The notes under the pieces were generated by a model, which was not told the origin of the DNA, made no database searches, and saw only the letters and a list, made by a program, of their open reading frames with translations. Shown one piece after another: positions 10,378-19,759 of a DNA stretch of 41,593 nt. The DNA is from Acidobacteriota bacterium (GTDB taxonomy: Bacteria > Acidobacteriota > Polarisedimenticolia > J045), in the NCBI GenBank assembly GCA_024763475.1, contig JANTFM010000003.1:1-41593 (forward strand), written 5' to 3'. The translations under genes and the position numbers were made by a program. Position 1 is the first letter of the stretch, and each line of letters opens with the position of its first letter.

Positions 10378-10412
10378 CGGGGCACGGAGCCAATCCGTGC
10401 CCCGATGCTTTT
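10378..10412. terminator. Hairpin between convergent genes, probable intrinsic terminator
   Basis: CGGGGCACGGA-gccaa-TCCGTGCCCCG (11-bp stem) followed by ATGCTTTT. Confidence 0.65.
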
Positions 10413-10422
10413 GCCCTACGGA

Positions 10423-11667
10423 TCAGGCCGGGATCTCACCCTTGCGCGCCGCCTCGGCGGCCTTGGCGATGATCGCGGCCACATCGTCCATCTCGTCCGG
10501 GCCGGCGAGGAGCACGTCCTGCTTGATCCAGAGAGTCGACGCGCAGAGCTCCTCGCATACCGGCAGGTCGTAGGAAGCGTATGGACGCGGCCAGACGTCG
10601 TTCCAGCAACCACCCTGGCCCGTGGCGCGCTGGCCGAACCACTCCCAGAAACCCTGCTTGTAGAGCGGCACGGTGTACCCGGGATGACCGGGAAGCCCTT
10701 CCGCCTGCACGGCGGCCGCGAAGCGTTTGCTGTCCGTCGAGATCAGCTGGCGGTCCAGGCGCACCATGTAGATATGGCACGCGTGGGAGCTAACCCGTTC
10801 GTCTCGATCCGGGGTCAGGATCCCGGGAATCCCCTGTAGCTTCTCATCGAGGGCGGCAAGGGCCGCCTGGCGCGTTTTCTGCTGGACGACAAAGCGATCC
10901 ATCGAGGAGACCAGCATCGCGGCCTGCAACTCGCTCAAGCGGTAGTTCAAACCGGGAAGGACGTGTTCGTACCACTCGCCGCCGAGCTTTCGGCCGCAGT
11001 TGTGGTAGGACCACGCTCGCTGGTAGACCGCATCGTCGTTGGTCAGGAGCAGGCCACCTTCTCCCGCTGCGAAGTTCTTGCTCGACTGGCAGGAGAAGAT
11101 CCCGGCATCGCCCAGGGCTCCAACCGGCCTCCCGTTCCAGGCCGCCATCCATGCCTGCGCCGCGTCTTCGACAACCACGAGGGAGTGCTTCTTCGCGATC
11201 TCCAGGATGCGATCCATGTTCGCAGGACGCCCGCCGATGTGGACCGGATAGATCGCCTTCGTTCGCGGCGTGATCGCGTCCTCGATCAATTCCGGGTCGA
11301 TATTGTGTGTGCCGGGCTCGACATCGACAAAGACCGGCACCGCGCCGAGGGCCAACGCGGCCATCGATGTCGCCATGAAGGTATAGGGGGTAGTGATGAC
11401 CTCGTCGCCAGCCTCGACACCCACGGCAACGAGTGCGATCTGCAGGGCGATCGTACCGTTGCAGCAGGCCACCCCGTACTTGGCCTGGTGCCGTTCGGCC
11501 CAAAGCCTCTCGATTTCGGGCACCCGGCTCCCCCCCACGCCCCACTTACCGGAACGGATCGCGGCCACGACAGCCTGCTCATTGGTCTCGTCCCAGACGG
11601 GCCAGCTCGGCCATCCCTTGCTTCGAACAGGTGTTCCACCTGACATCGCCAGCTTCTCGCTCATCAA
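10423..11667 (-). CDS. DegT/DnrJ/EryC1/StrS-family PLP aminotransferase
   Basis: NGTIAL, GDEVITTPYTF, VVEDAAQA, FSCQSSKNFAAGEGG (PLP Lys) and GLNYRLSELQAA. Confidence 0.93.
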   Translation of the reverse strand: MMSEKLAMSGGTPVRSKGWPSWPVWDETNEQAVVAAIRSGKWGVGGSRVPEIERLWAERHQAKYGVACCNGTIALQIALVAVGVEAGDEVITTPYTFMATSMAALALGAVPVFVDVEPGTHNIDPELIEDAITPRTKAIYPVHIGGRPANMDRILEIAKKHSLVVVEDAAQAWMAAWNGRPVGALGDAGIFSCQSSKNFAAGEGGLLLTNDDAVYQRAWSYHNCGRKLGGEWYEHVLPGLNYRLSELQAAMLVSSMDRFVVQQKTRQAALAALDEKLQGIPGILTPDRDERVSSHACHIYMVRLDRQLISTDSKRFAAAVQAEGLPGHPGYTVPLYKQGFWEWFGQRATGQGGCWNDVWPRPYASYDLPVCEELCASTLWIKQDVLLAGPDEMDDVAAIIAKAAEAARKGEIPA

Positions 11668-11882
11668 TCGCCTCCGGGTTTAATCAAGGTAGGGCTCGCT
11701 GTCCGGCGCACCGCCTGAAGCCTCCGGCCACCGGACTGCCGCATGATGATCGCTTTGGGTAGCCAGAGCAAACCGCTCCGCCCGCTTCGAATCGCGCTTG
11801 ACCCGGGGGCCTGCCTCTGTTGTGATCACTGTCTTTGCGCGTGGGGGTTCATCTGGCGTTTTTGCCAAGGAAGGGAGTGCTC

Positions 11883-12647
11883 ATGGGATCGATCGGATCC
11901 TCGAACGAACGCAAAGTGGCCGCGACCTGCCTGGTGGCTTTTGCCTTCTTGATCTTCGGCATGGTCCTGCTCGAGATGATCATGATCGCCTCCCTTGGAG
12001 GCCGTCCCTTCACCCTCGAAGCAGACTTCGCTCAGAAGGCCGACCTCTCCTTCATCATGCCGTACTTCCTGGCCTATCTCGTGATAGGTGGACTTGGCCT
12101 GGTCGGCATCGTGGGGCTGGCAAACGTCTACGGCTCCTCGAGCAACCGGAAGATGGGCGCCGAAATCGTCAAACTCGCAGCCCTCGGCTACTTCGCAATC
12201 AACTACTGGCTCTGGAGCGCGATGTGGCTCGTCCAGCACAAGATCGCGCGGTTGGCCGAAGTTCCCACGAACCCTCCCGAGTGGGTCCTCCGCGCGTTCA
12301 ACGCCTCGGACGCCTTCTGGTCCCTCGCGGGATGGGGCGGACTCGGTCCCTCGATCGTCATGTTCCTCGGGCTGGCGTGGCTGCTCGCACGAGGCGCCCG
12401 GCTCCTGCCCAAAGCTGCCGCCATCGCCTTTCTGGTGCTGGGGGTGACGCAGATCCTGCTGCTCGTCTACGTCGGCCTCTACGGCTTCGGCGTCCAGAAT
12501 ACGACCGGGGGCTACGCCCAGTTCTTCGACATGATCATGACCCTCGGCCGCATCGTGGCCTTCATGCTGGCTGGTGCGGCCCTCTATACGGAGAAAGGCA
12601 TCTTCGCCCGCAGCGACAGGCATCGAACACGGGTCGGACACGGCTGA
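11883..12647 (+). CDS. Polytopic membrane protein of unknown function (about 6 TM segments)
   Basis: ATG 11883 after AAGGGAG, several long hydrophobic segments, GC-biased codon usage. Confidence 0.72.
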   Translation: MGSIGSSNERKVAATCLVAFAFLIFGMVLLEMIMIASLGGRPFTLEADFAQKADLSFIMPYFLAYLVIGGLGLVGIVGLANVYGSSSNRKMGAEIVKLAALGYFAINYWLWSAMWLVQHKIARLAEVPTNPPEWVLRAFNASDAFWSLAGWGGLGPSIVMFLGLAWLLARGARLLPKAAAIAFLVLGVTQILLLVYVGLYGFGVQNTTGGYAQFFDMIMTLGRIVAFMLAGAALYTEKGIFARSDRHRTRVGHG

Positions 12648-12677
12648 TCTCCCGGCTCACGGGTTTAGAATGCTGTC

Positions 12678-13820
12678 ATGGAAGCGGACAGGCGAGTACG
12701 CGAGGCTCTTCGCGCGCTGATTGATCGCGCCCTCGACCGGGTGCAGGGGCATCCTGCGGGCCACCTGTTGTCGGGCGAAAGAGAACGGCTCGAGATCGCG
12801 CTCGACCTGCCACTGAACCTCCGCGAGGAAGAGCTCGACAAGGCCACCCACGAGGTCGACAAGAAGCTGAACGACGCCGTCCACGGGCTGCTCACCCACC
12901 GGGCCATCTTCCGCCCCGGGCGCGTGCTGTGCCTCAGGTGCCGCAGCAGCGAGTGCGAGCACGCTGTGCCCCGGGGGGCCAAGACCGTCTTCGGGGGGTA
13001 TTCCCAGTCGGGAGTGCCGCGTTTCGTGGACTACGGCGAGTATCTCCTCAAGGCCCAGGATCCGCGGGTCGGCGAACTCTTTGGGGCGGCGGACCGCCTC
13101 GTCACTCGGGTCGTCGGGGGCGAAGAAGTGATGGAACGACTGCTCCCCTCGATCAGGAAGGACATGGACGGTTACCAGATCCACGGGCAAGTTGTCGCCG
13201 GTTGGTTCCGCGCTCCCGACCGAAGCGGGCGCAGCCGCGCGATGGCGCTTTCCTTCCAGATCATCTCCTCCCAGCCAAAGCGACGGAAGCGGAGCTATGG
13301 CCTCAACGTACTCGGCGTGGGCCCCGGAGGGGAAGGCCTCGAACAGCTCCACGAGCGCCTGCGCCCGGTGCCCTGGTCAAGCCCCGTGCGCTGGGCTCAG
13401 TCGGCCCTGCGGACGATGAACAACGCCGCACCGCGGCGTCTCGAGGGCCTTCTCAGTGGCCTGGCTCGCCGCCTCGAAAGGAACGTCCGGAGCAGCAGCC
13501 GACGAACCACCCACGCCGAGATCCACCACGAAGACGGCGCGCGACCCACGCGGATGGCCCTGATGGACCTGGCACGAGCGGGTGATGCGGACCTGCTCGT
13601 CGACCGGAGGCACAACACCCGGATCGTTCTCGGCCAACGGGGACGCTGCCATGTCTTCAGCCCCGAGGGCAAGTTGGTGACCTCGGTTCGCTATCCGCAG
13701 GGATCTATCGACCGAAAACGCAGATCGGGAACCTGGAGAGTCCCCGAGGAACACGAGCTCTCCTCGCTGCGGGCCCTTGCGTCCCGGGCCTCTCCGGACA
13801 ATGCGGACGACATCGAATAA
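12678..13820 (+). CDS. Hypothetical protein with a CxxC-x3-C-x-H putative metal site
   Basis: 380 aa, fills the gap between neighbours, contains CLRCRSSECEH. No family recognised. Confidence 0.7.
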   Translation: MEADRRVREALRALIDRALDRVQGHPAGHLLSGERERLEIALDLPLNLREEELDKATHEVDKKLNDAVHGLLTHRAIFRPGRVLCLRCRSSECEHAVPRGAKTVFGGYSQSGVPRFVDYGEYLLKAQDPRVGELFGAADRLVTRVVGGEEVMERLLPSIRKDMDGYQIHGQVVAGWFRAPDRSGRSRAMALSFQIISSQPKRRKRSYGLNVLGVGPGGEGLEQLHERLRPVPWSSPVRWAQSALRTMNNAAPRRLEGLLSGLARRLERNVRSSSRRTTHAEIHHEDGARPTRMALMDLARAGDADLLVDRRHNTRIVLGQRGRCHVFSPEGKLVTSVRYPQGSIDRKRRSGTWRVPEEHELSSLRALASRASPDNADDIE

Positions 13821-13866
13821 ATAACTACCCTTTCTAGACCTCAGGATCCAAATTGTCCTCAGGCAG

Positions 13867-15243
13867 GTGGCGATAGCGACAGCGATCTGGACGACGCGTC
13901 GGCCGCCACCTCCCATCGGATGGGAGCGCGTGATGAGCTGGAAGAGCAATGACGACAAACAGAAAGCAAACCCGAGGACCGCGGGCCGGTCCAATTCCGC
14001 GCTGGGCACGATTCCCCTGGCCCCGCTCGAGGATGCCGCGGCAAACCAGTCTCTGGCGCCTGGCTTCGGCTCAGGGGGCAGCTTCATCATGGACAACCTG
14101 GGGCATATCCTCGCCTTCGACCGGGCGATGGAGAAGCTCACCGGCTGGGTCGCCTTCGAAGTCGTCGGCCAGCACAAGGACATGGGAGTCTACGAACGGC
14201 CTGACGACAGCGGACTCCGCCGTTTCCAGGCCCGCCCGCTCTTCGAGGGGACTCTGCCCTGCGTCGAGCGTAGCTCCACCACCCGTTTGAACCTCAACCG
14301 TAAGGACGGCGCACAGCTGGAAGCCGAGGTCGTCATCGCACCGCTAGGCGGTCAAGGCACACGCTACTCCGTCGAGATCAGACGGGTCGTCGCACGCATC
14401 GGAGCGCCAGTACGACCGGCAGAAAAGGAAGAGCTCGACGCGCTGACCCGGCTCCCGACCGCCGCCGCCTTCCGAGACCAGTTGCGCGAGACCTTCGGTG
14501 CCGTCCAGCGAACGGGCCACACGCTCGCGTCGCTCTTCGTGCACATCGATCATTTCGAGAAAACGCAAAGCCGCGTCGGAGAGGAACAGGTCGCAGACAT
14601 CGTTCAGCGCCTGGCCGGCATCCTGCGGGCAACGCTACGCTCCACGGACTACATCGCCCGTCTGGGTGAGGATCGCTTCGGCATCCTGCTCACCGGGGCC
14701 GGCCGTGGTGATGCCCGCCATGTCGGGGGCCGGATTCGCCAGACGATCGAGAAGTTCGCGTTCACGCGTCCGGGCGGAGCCGGAGAGCTTCGCGTCACGG
14801 TGAGCATCGGTGTGGCCTGCTATCCCGCCGATGGCGAGACCCCCTCAGAGTTGATTCGCCGTGCGGAAGAGGCCCTCGAAGAAGCGCACCGCCTCGGCCG
14901 AAACCGCGTGTGGTGCTACGTGCGTCGACCCCGGATCCATGTCGACTTCCCCGTCTACTTCGATGGACCCGCAGGCCACCTCCTGGGCAAGACCAAGGAT
15001 CTGTCGAATTCCGGGATCTTCGTCGAGACACACGAGATGCTGCCGGAAGGGATGCGCCTCGGGCTCTCCTTCCGCCTCCCCGAGTCCACATCGAAGATCC
15101 GCGTGATGGGTCGTGTTGCGCGGCAGGTATCCCCCGATCCTGGCCAAGTTGGAGCAACTCCCGGACTCGGCATCGAGTTCGAGCGCTACAACCCCGAGGA
15201 CCGGCGCCGCATCGAAGCCTTCATCCACAAGAGCCGCACCTAG
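13867..15243 (+). CDS. PAS-like + degenerate GGDEF + PilZ domain protein (start uncertain, possibly ATG 13933)
   Basis: PAS-like MEKLTGW...EVVG, then DALTRLP, RSTDYIARLGEDRF, VTVSIGVA and GRNRV, then a PilZ with DLSNSGIFV and GLGIEF. Confidence 0.87.
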   Translation: MAIATAIWTTRRPPPPIGWERVMSWKSNDDKQKANPRTAGRSNSALGTIPLAPLEDAAANQSLAPGFGSGGSFIMDNLGHILAFDRAMEKLTGWVAFEVVGQHKDMGVYERPDDSGLRRFQARPLFEGTLPCVERSSTTRLNLNRKDGAQLEAEVVIAPLGGQGTRYSVEIRRVVARIGAPVRPAEKEELDALTRLPTAAAFRDQLRETFGAVQRTGHTLASLFVHIDHFEKTQSRVGEEQVADIVQRLAGILRATLRSTDYIARLGEDRFGILLTGAGRGDARHVGGRIRQTIEKFAFTRPGGAGELRVTVSIGVACYPADGETPSELIRRAEEALEEAHRLGRNRVWCYVRRPRIHVDFPVYFDGPAGHLLGKTKDLSNSGIFVETHEMLPEGMRLGLSFRLPESTSKIRVMGRVARQVSPDPGQVGATPGLGIEFERYNPEDRRRIEAFIHKSRT

Positions 15244-15730
15244 CAGCGCTCCTGCGTCGCTTCCAGCCACGCTTCGCGGCAGCGGAGCGGCGACGGTGTT
15301 CACGCTCCTTCTCCACTAGGAAGGTCTCCGCGTAGGCCGCGATCTGCTCCGGCGTCCGGAATTCCAGGTCGTGGTTTCCATCGCGCGCGAAGTAATCGCA
15401 GAGCGGGTCCTCCGCGTGCTCGAGATTCTCGCGAAGACCATACTCACGGCAGATCGTCGGCCGCTCATCGTAGATCTGGCAAACGTTGTTCGGCCCGAGA
15501 TAGCGGCACGGATGATCCACCTGGAGAAACCAGTCGTCATCCTCGACCCAGATCCAGGTCTTGCCGTGCAGGAGGTACCAGCGCAGATCCTCGAAGTCCT
15601 CCGCATCCTTGGGAGCATCGATCTCCAGCGCAAAATACTGGCAGCAGAGAGCATCACAATCGTGACAGGGCGGCCCTCCCAACAGCTCCGGTACGACAGG
15701 AAGTGCCTGGCCACGCCGAATGAGGCTCAT
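15221..15730 (-). CDS. YkgJ-family CxxCxxxCC Zn/Fe-chelating protein
   Basis: CHDCDALCC...CRYL...CQIYDERPTICREY. ATG 15730 overlaps the upstream stop (ATGA). Confidence 0.85.
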   Translation of the reverse strand: MSLIRRGQALPVVPELLGGPPCHDCDALCCQYFALEIDAPKDAEDFEDLRWYLLHGKTWIWVEDDDWFLQVDHPCRYLGPNNVCQIYDERPTICREYGLRENLEHAEDPLCDYFARDGNHDLEFRTPEQIAAYAETFLVEKEREHRRRSAAAKRGWKRRRSAARCGSCG

Positions 15731-17439
15731 CTCGATTCCTTGAGTCGGGTACGCGTCTCGTCGCGACCGGGAAGGTAGACCCACGAGGAAATGACTGTCG
15801 CGCTGATCTTGGCATCGAGGATCCTGCTTGGCGGCCCCTCGAGGATGTCGCGGTCGAAGACGGTGAAGTCCGCGTAGCGGCCGGCCGAAATCGTGCCGAG
15901 GCGGTCGCTTGAGGAGACGGCCTCGGCGGCTCCCAGCGTGAACGCTCGCAAGGCTTCCTGGATCGATAGGCGCTGCTCCGGCAGCCAGCCCCCGGGAGGA
16001 TAGCCCTCCGCGTCCTGTCGCGTCACGGCCGCATAGAGGCCGAGGCGCGGATCGATATCCTCCACCGGGAAGTCCGAGCCAAAGGCGAGCAGCGCTCCTG
16101 AATCGAGCATGCTGCGCCAGGCATAGGCGCCGGCCAGCCGTTTCTCCCCGAGCCGAAGCTGGGCCCAGGGCATGTCCGAGCTCGCATGAGTCGGCTGCAT
16201 GGAAGCAACGACGCCAAGCGCAGCCGGACGCGGCAGATCGTCTGGATGCAGGATCTGGGCATGTTCGAGACGCAACGCCGGGCCCTGAGCGGTCGTCCCT
16301 CCGAGGCTCTCCCAGGCGTCGAGGACGGCGCGGTTCGCCGCATCGCCGATCGCGTGCACAGCCGGCTGCAGTCCGGCCCGCGAGGAACGCTCGATCTCAC
16401 GAAGCAGTTCCTCGGGCTCAGTGACCCAGAGGCCCACGCTCGCCGCGTCGTCACTGTAGGGCTCGATCAGCCGCGCGCCCCGGCTGCCCAAAGCCCCATC
16501 CGCGTAGAGTTTGACGCCGACGAGATGGAGACGGCCCTCGTGCTGTGGGCCCGTCTCGAGCAGTTCCCGGTAGAGCGCGGAGTCCGCGCTCGCATACGCA
16601 AAAACACTCAACGGGAAGCGTCCCTGGGCCGCGAGCCTCTTCATCGCCTGCCAGGTGATCGTGTCGACTCCCATGTCGTGGACCCCGGTCAGTCCCACGG
16701 CAACCAGGTCTGACGCCGCATCGGCAAGAGCTCGCTCGACATCCTCAACGCCGGGCTCCGGGATCTGTGAGAACACGAGGTCCATCGCCTGGTCCACCAG
16801 GATCCCGGTGGCCCGGCCCGAGCGGTCGCGATGAATGCTTCCACCCGGTGGGTCCGGAGTCTCATCATTGATGCCCGCCGCGTCGAGAGCCGCTCGATTG
16901 ACCCAGAGGGCATGCCCGTCGATCCGACGCATCGCCGCCGGCCGCTCGGGGAGCAGCTGATCGAGGCGATCGGCATCCGGCCACGCGGCATCCGGCCAGT
17001 CGTTCTGATCCCAGCCCCGCCCCTGGACCCAGCGTTCCTCCTGGTGCTCCTCGGCGAAGTGCTTTATCCGCTCCAGGGTCTCCTCGAGGCTCACCGCGGC
17101 GACGAGGTTCACCTGCCCCAGGGTCATGCCATATCCCCGGATATGGGCGTGGGCGTCCACAAGACCGGGAACAGCCAGTTCGCCCGGCAGGACCTCGGCG
17201 GAAGCTCCCTTGGCGATCCACTGCGGGATCTCACGCTTGGACAACAACCGAACAACCCGCGGCCCCGAGACGAGAACCGCATCAGCCCAAGGCTGCGCCG
17301 GGTCGCCGGTCCAGAATCGCGGCCCCGTGAAGATCTTCCCGGGGCCGCCGGATTCCGACACCTCCGCACGACATCCGAGCAGGACCGCAGCAAGAGCAAG
17401 ACAGGGACATAGGACACATGCCAGCAACAGCATTCTCAT
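15727..17439 (-). CDS. YtcJ-like amidohydrolase, predicted lipoprotein
   Basis: PGLVDAHAH, DGHALWVN, VKLYADGALGSRGA, HAIGDAA, RLEHAQ and GSDFPV. Start set at ATG 17439, giving a hydrophobic leader ending LLGC. Confidence 0.88.
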   Translation of the reverse strand: MRMLLLACVLCPCLALAAVLLGCRAEVSESGGPGKIFTGPRFWTGDPAQPWADAVLVSGPRVVRLLSKREIPQWIAKGASAEVLPGELAVPGLVDAHAHIRGYGMTLGQVNLVAAVSLEETLERIKHFAEEHQEERWVQGRGWDQNDWPDAAWPDADRLDQLLPERPAAMRRIDGHALWVNRAALDAAGINDETPDPPGGSIHRDRSGRATGILVDQAMDLVFSQIPEPGVEDVERALADAASDLVAVGLTGVHDMGVDTITWQAMKRLAAQGRFPLSVFAYASADSALYRELLETGPQHEGRLHLVGVKLYADGALGSRGARLIEPYSDDAASVGLWVTEPEELLREIERSSRAGLQPAVHAIGDAANRAVLDAWESLGGTTAQGPALRLEHAQILHPDDLPRPAALGVVASMQPTHASSDMPWAQLRLGEKRLAGAYAWRSMLDSGALLAFGSDFPVEDIDPRLGLYAAVTRQDAEGYPPGGWLPEQRLSIQEALRAFTLGAAEAVSSSDRLGTISAGRYADFTVFDRDILEGPPSRILDAKISATVISSWVYLPGRDETRTRLKESR

Positions 17440-17861
17440 GGGAATCGCCTCAAGGGAAAGACCGGACCCGAATCCTTCGTGAACCCATCGCCTTTGGCCG
17501 CACACGTGCATCCAGGCCGGAACTGTTCGGCGATTTTGACCTTCAACGTGCTCTAAGGGACGCCTTCGGGCAAAACCGCCAAGCAACACGGAGCTGACGG
17601 CACCTGCACGCCCTCGCTTCGGAGCTTCATGAAAGGTCCGGGGTGCCAGGACGAGCGCATTGTAGGCCGCAACCGCGACGGGCGAAACGAGACGCCCCAC
17701 AGAGGGAGCCCCGGCGGGCCAGGCTCTCTCGACGCTCCGACTCGCAACATTACTCGGACACTTTGTCTCACTTGCACCAAAAGAGGACTGAAAAAGGCCT
17801 TCATTTTTGCAAATTGACTGGAAAATAATGCCGATTATGCGAAATTCTCTTCCCGGCCGGG

Positions 17862-17890
17862 TTGACAGAGAGTCCCGCTGAGCCTAAATA
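17862..17890 (+). promoter_or_regulatory. Possible sigma70-type promoter for glnA
   Basis: TTGACA-17 nt-TAAATA, 71 nt upstream of the ATG. Confidence 0.4.
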
Positions 17891-17961
17891 TCCGCAGACC
17901 AATCCACCCACGATCAGCTTCATTCTCTTTTGCATAGCCACGACCGTACGAGGAGATCGCG

Positions 17962-19293
17962 ATGGCCAAGACCGAGGCCGAAACCAGAGCCATTTTGAGA
18001 GATGAGAGAGTCCGTTTCCTGCGCCTTGTCTTCACCGACATTCACGGCGTGATCAAGAATGTCGAGGTGCCGGATAGCCAGTTCGACAAAGCCCTCGCCG
18101 GAGAAATCATGTTCGATGGTTCCTCGATCGAGGGATTCGTGCGGATCCAGGAGTCGGACATGCTGCTGCAACCGGACTTCTCGTCCCTGCGCATCTTCCC
18201 GGCCGACGAGAGCGACCCGAACCGGCGGGCCCTGCTGATCTGCGACGTCGCGTTGCCTGATGGCGCTCCCTTCCCTGGGGATCCTCGCAACGTGCTGCGT
18301 CGGGCCGTTGACCGGGCAGCCTCGCTGGGCCTCAGCGCGATGTTCGGCCCGGAAGCGGAATTCTTCCTCTTCCACCGCAAGAACGGCTTCGCAACGACCG
18401 AGACCCACGACCAGGGCGCCTATTTCGATCTTTCTCCTGTCGACCGGGGGGAGGGTGCTCGCCGGGAGATCGTCAACGTCCTCGAGCGAATGAACTTCGA
18501 AGTGGAGGCCGCTCATCATGAGGTCGCCCCCGGACAGCACGAGATCGACTTCAAGTACGGCGACGCGCTGAGAACTGCAGACAACCTGATGGTCTTCAAA
18601 CACGTCGTGCGCAAGGTTGCGCTGCGTCATGACCTCCATGCGACCTTCATGCCCAAACCACTCTTCGGCCAGAACGGTTCGGGCATGCACGTTCACCAGT
18701 CCTTGTTCCTGGCAGATGGCAAGAACGCCTTCGCCGACCCGCAGGGCGAGTGGGGCATGTCCGAGATGGCGATCCACTACATCGGAGGCATCCTGGCCCA
18801 CGCCAAGGGCTACACCGCGGTGACCAACCCCACGGTCAACTCCTACAAGCGGCTCGTGCCGGGCTACGAAGCACCCACCAACATCACCTGGTCCGAGAAG
18901 AATCGCTCGCCCCTCGCCCGCGTTCCCGCGCGGCGCGGCACAGGGACCCGCGTCGAGGTCCGCATGCCGGACCCCTCCTGCAACCCCTACCTGGCGTTTG
19001 CGGTGATGCTCCAATCCGGCTTGGACGGAATGGAAAACACGATCCATCCCGGCCCTCCCGTCGCCAAGGACATCTTCAAGATGAGCGACCGGGAGAAACG
19101 CCGCCTGAAGATCGACTCGCTTCCCGGAAACCTCTATGAAGCCGTCCGAGCGCTGCAGAAGGACAAAGTGGTCCTCGATGCCCTGGGCGATCACACGGCG
19201 AATCACCTCATCGCCGCCAAGCTTCAGGACTGGCACGAGTACACGGCAGCCGTCCACCCGTGGGAGGTCGACCGCTACCTGCAGATGTACTGA
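17962..19293 (+). CDS. glnA: Glutamine synthetase type I
   Basis: MFDGSSIEGF, GPEAEFF, HHEVAPGQHEI, ATFMPKP, GSGMHVHQS, NSYKRLVPGYEAP and RVEVRMPDPSCNPY. RBS GAGGAG. Confidence 0.97.
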   Translation: MAKTEAETRAILRDERVRFLRLVFTDIHGVIKNVEVPDSQFDKALAGEIMFDGSSIEGFVRIQESDMLLQPDFSSLRIFPADESDPNRRALLICDVALPDGAPFPGDPRNVLRRAVDRAASLGLSAMFGPEAEFFLFHRKNGFATTETHDQGAYFDLSPVDRGEGARREIVNVLERMNFEVEAAHHEVAPGQHEIDFKYGDALRTADNLMVFKHVVRKVALRHDLHATFMPKPLFGQNGSGMHVHQSLFLADGKNAFADPQGEWGMSEMAIHYIGGILAHAKGYTAVTNPTVNSYKRLVPGYEAPTNITWSEKNRSPLARVPARRGTGTRVEVRMPDPSCNPYLAFAVMLQSGLDGMENTIHPGPPVAKDIFKMSDREKRRLKIDSLPGNLYEAVRALQKDKVVLDALGDHTANHLIAAKLQDWHEYTAAVHPWEVDRYLQMY

Positions 19294-19373
19294 TTCGTTA
19301 GCCGGCCACCCACGGCTGGGAGGCCGGCTGCTACCTGCAGTTGTGCGGGTTCGTTTGTCTCGACGGAAACGTG

Positions 19374-19400
19374 ACGGGCGGGCTTCGGCTCGCCCGTTTT
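19374..19400 (+). terminator. Intrinsic terminator downstream of glnA
   Basis: ACGGGCGGGC-ttcg-GCTCGCCCGT followed by TTT. Confidence 0.65.
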
Positions 19401-19409
19401 CCGTGCACC

Positions 19410-19540
19410 GTGGAGCGAAGACTGTTGCACTCCGGGTTTTTGTAGGAACAGTTGTCCACAAAATGCCGTATTTGTTTAGTTTAGTCCTCTGAGAAGGACC
19501 ATCCCACCGGATCGACAGGGTGCAACCTTCTTCGCTCCAC
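19410..19540. ncRNA. Candidate structured RNA or DNA element (multi-stem junction), family not recognised
   Basis: Nested pairings: 19410-21/19529-40 (12 bp perfect), 19424-30/19520-26 and 19431-35/19507-11, enclosing hairpins 19438-63 and 19484-99 (loop CTGAGA). Confidence 0.4.
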
Positions 19541-19759
19541 CGGGATTTTCTCGACATACGGCGTTTGGCTCATGGGGCTACAACATCTGGCCTATTGAAT
19601 TCCTACTCTATTGCTCGTATTTTCCCCTCAGCACAGGACCACCCCGCAGAATCTTTCTCTGCTCGTCTTTCTCCTTCGCAATGGTTGTTGGGTCTTGAGG
19701 GCTTCGCCTGAGCCACTCGAGGGTCGTTTTCTGAGCACTATTGGGAAGGGAGTCGTCAG

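Noticed and set aside
11680-11868. 62-aa minus-strand ORF
   Set aside because: It lies in a divergent promoter region, has no motif and no clear RBS.
17773-17790. NtrC site or sigma54 promoter for glnA
   Set aside because: Only a half site (TGCACCA) is present, and there is no correctly spaced GG-N10-GC near the start.
19410-19540. Retron msr-msd or c-di-GMP riboswitch
   Set aside because: No reverse transcriptase lies nearby and the GEMM consensus is absent. Kept only as an unassigned structure.
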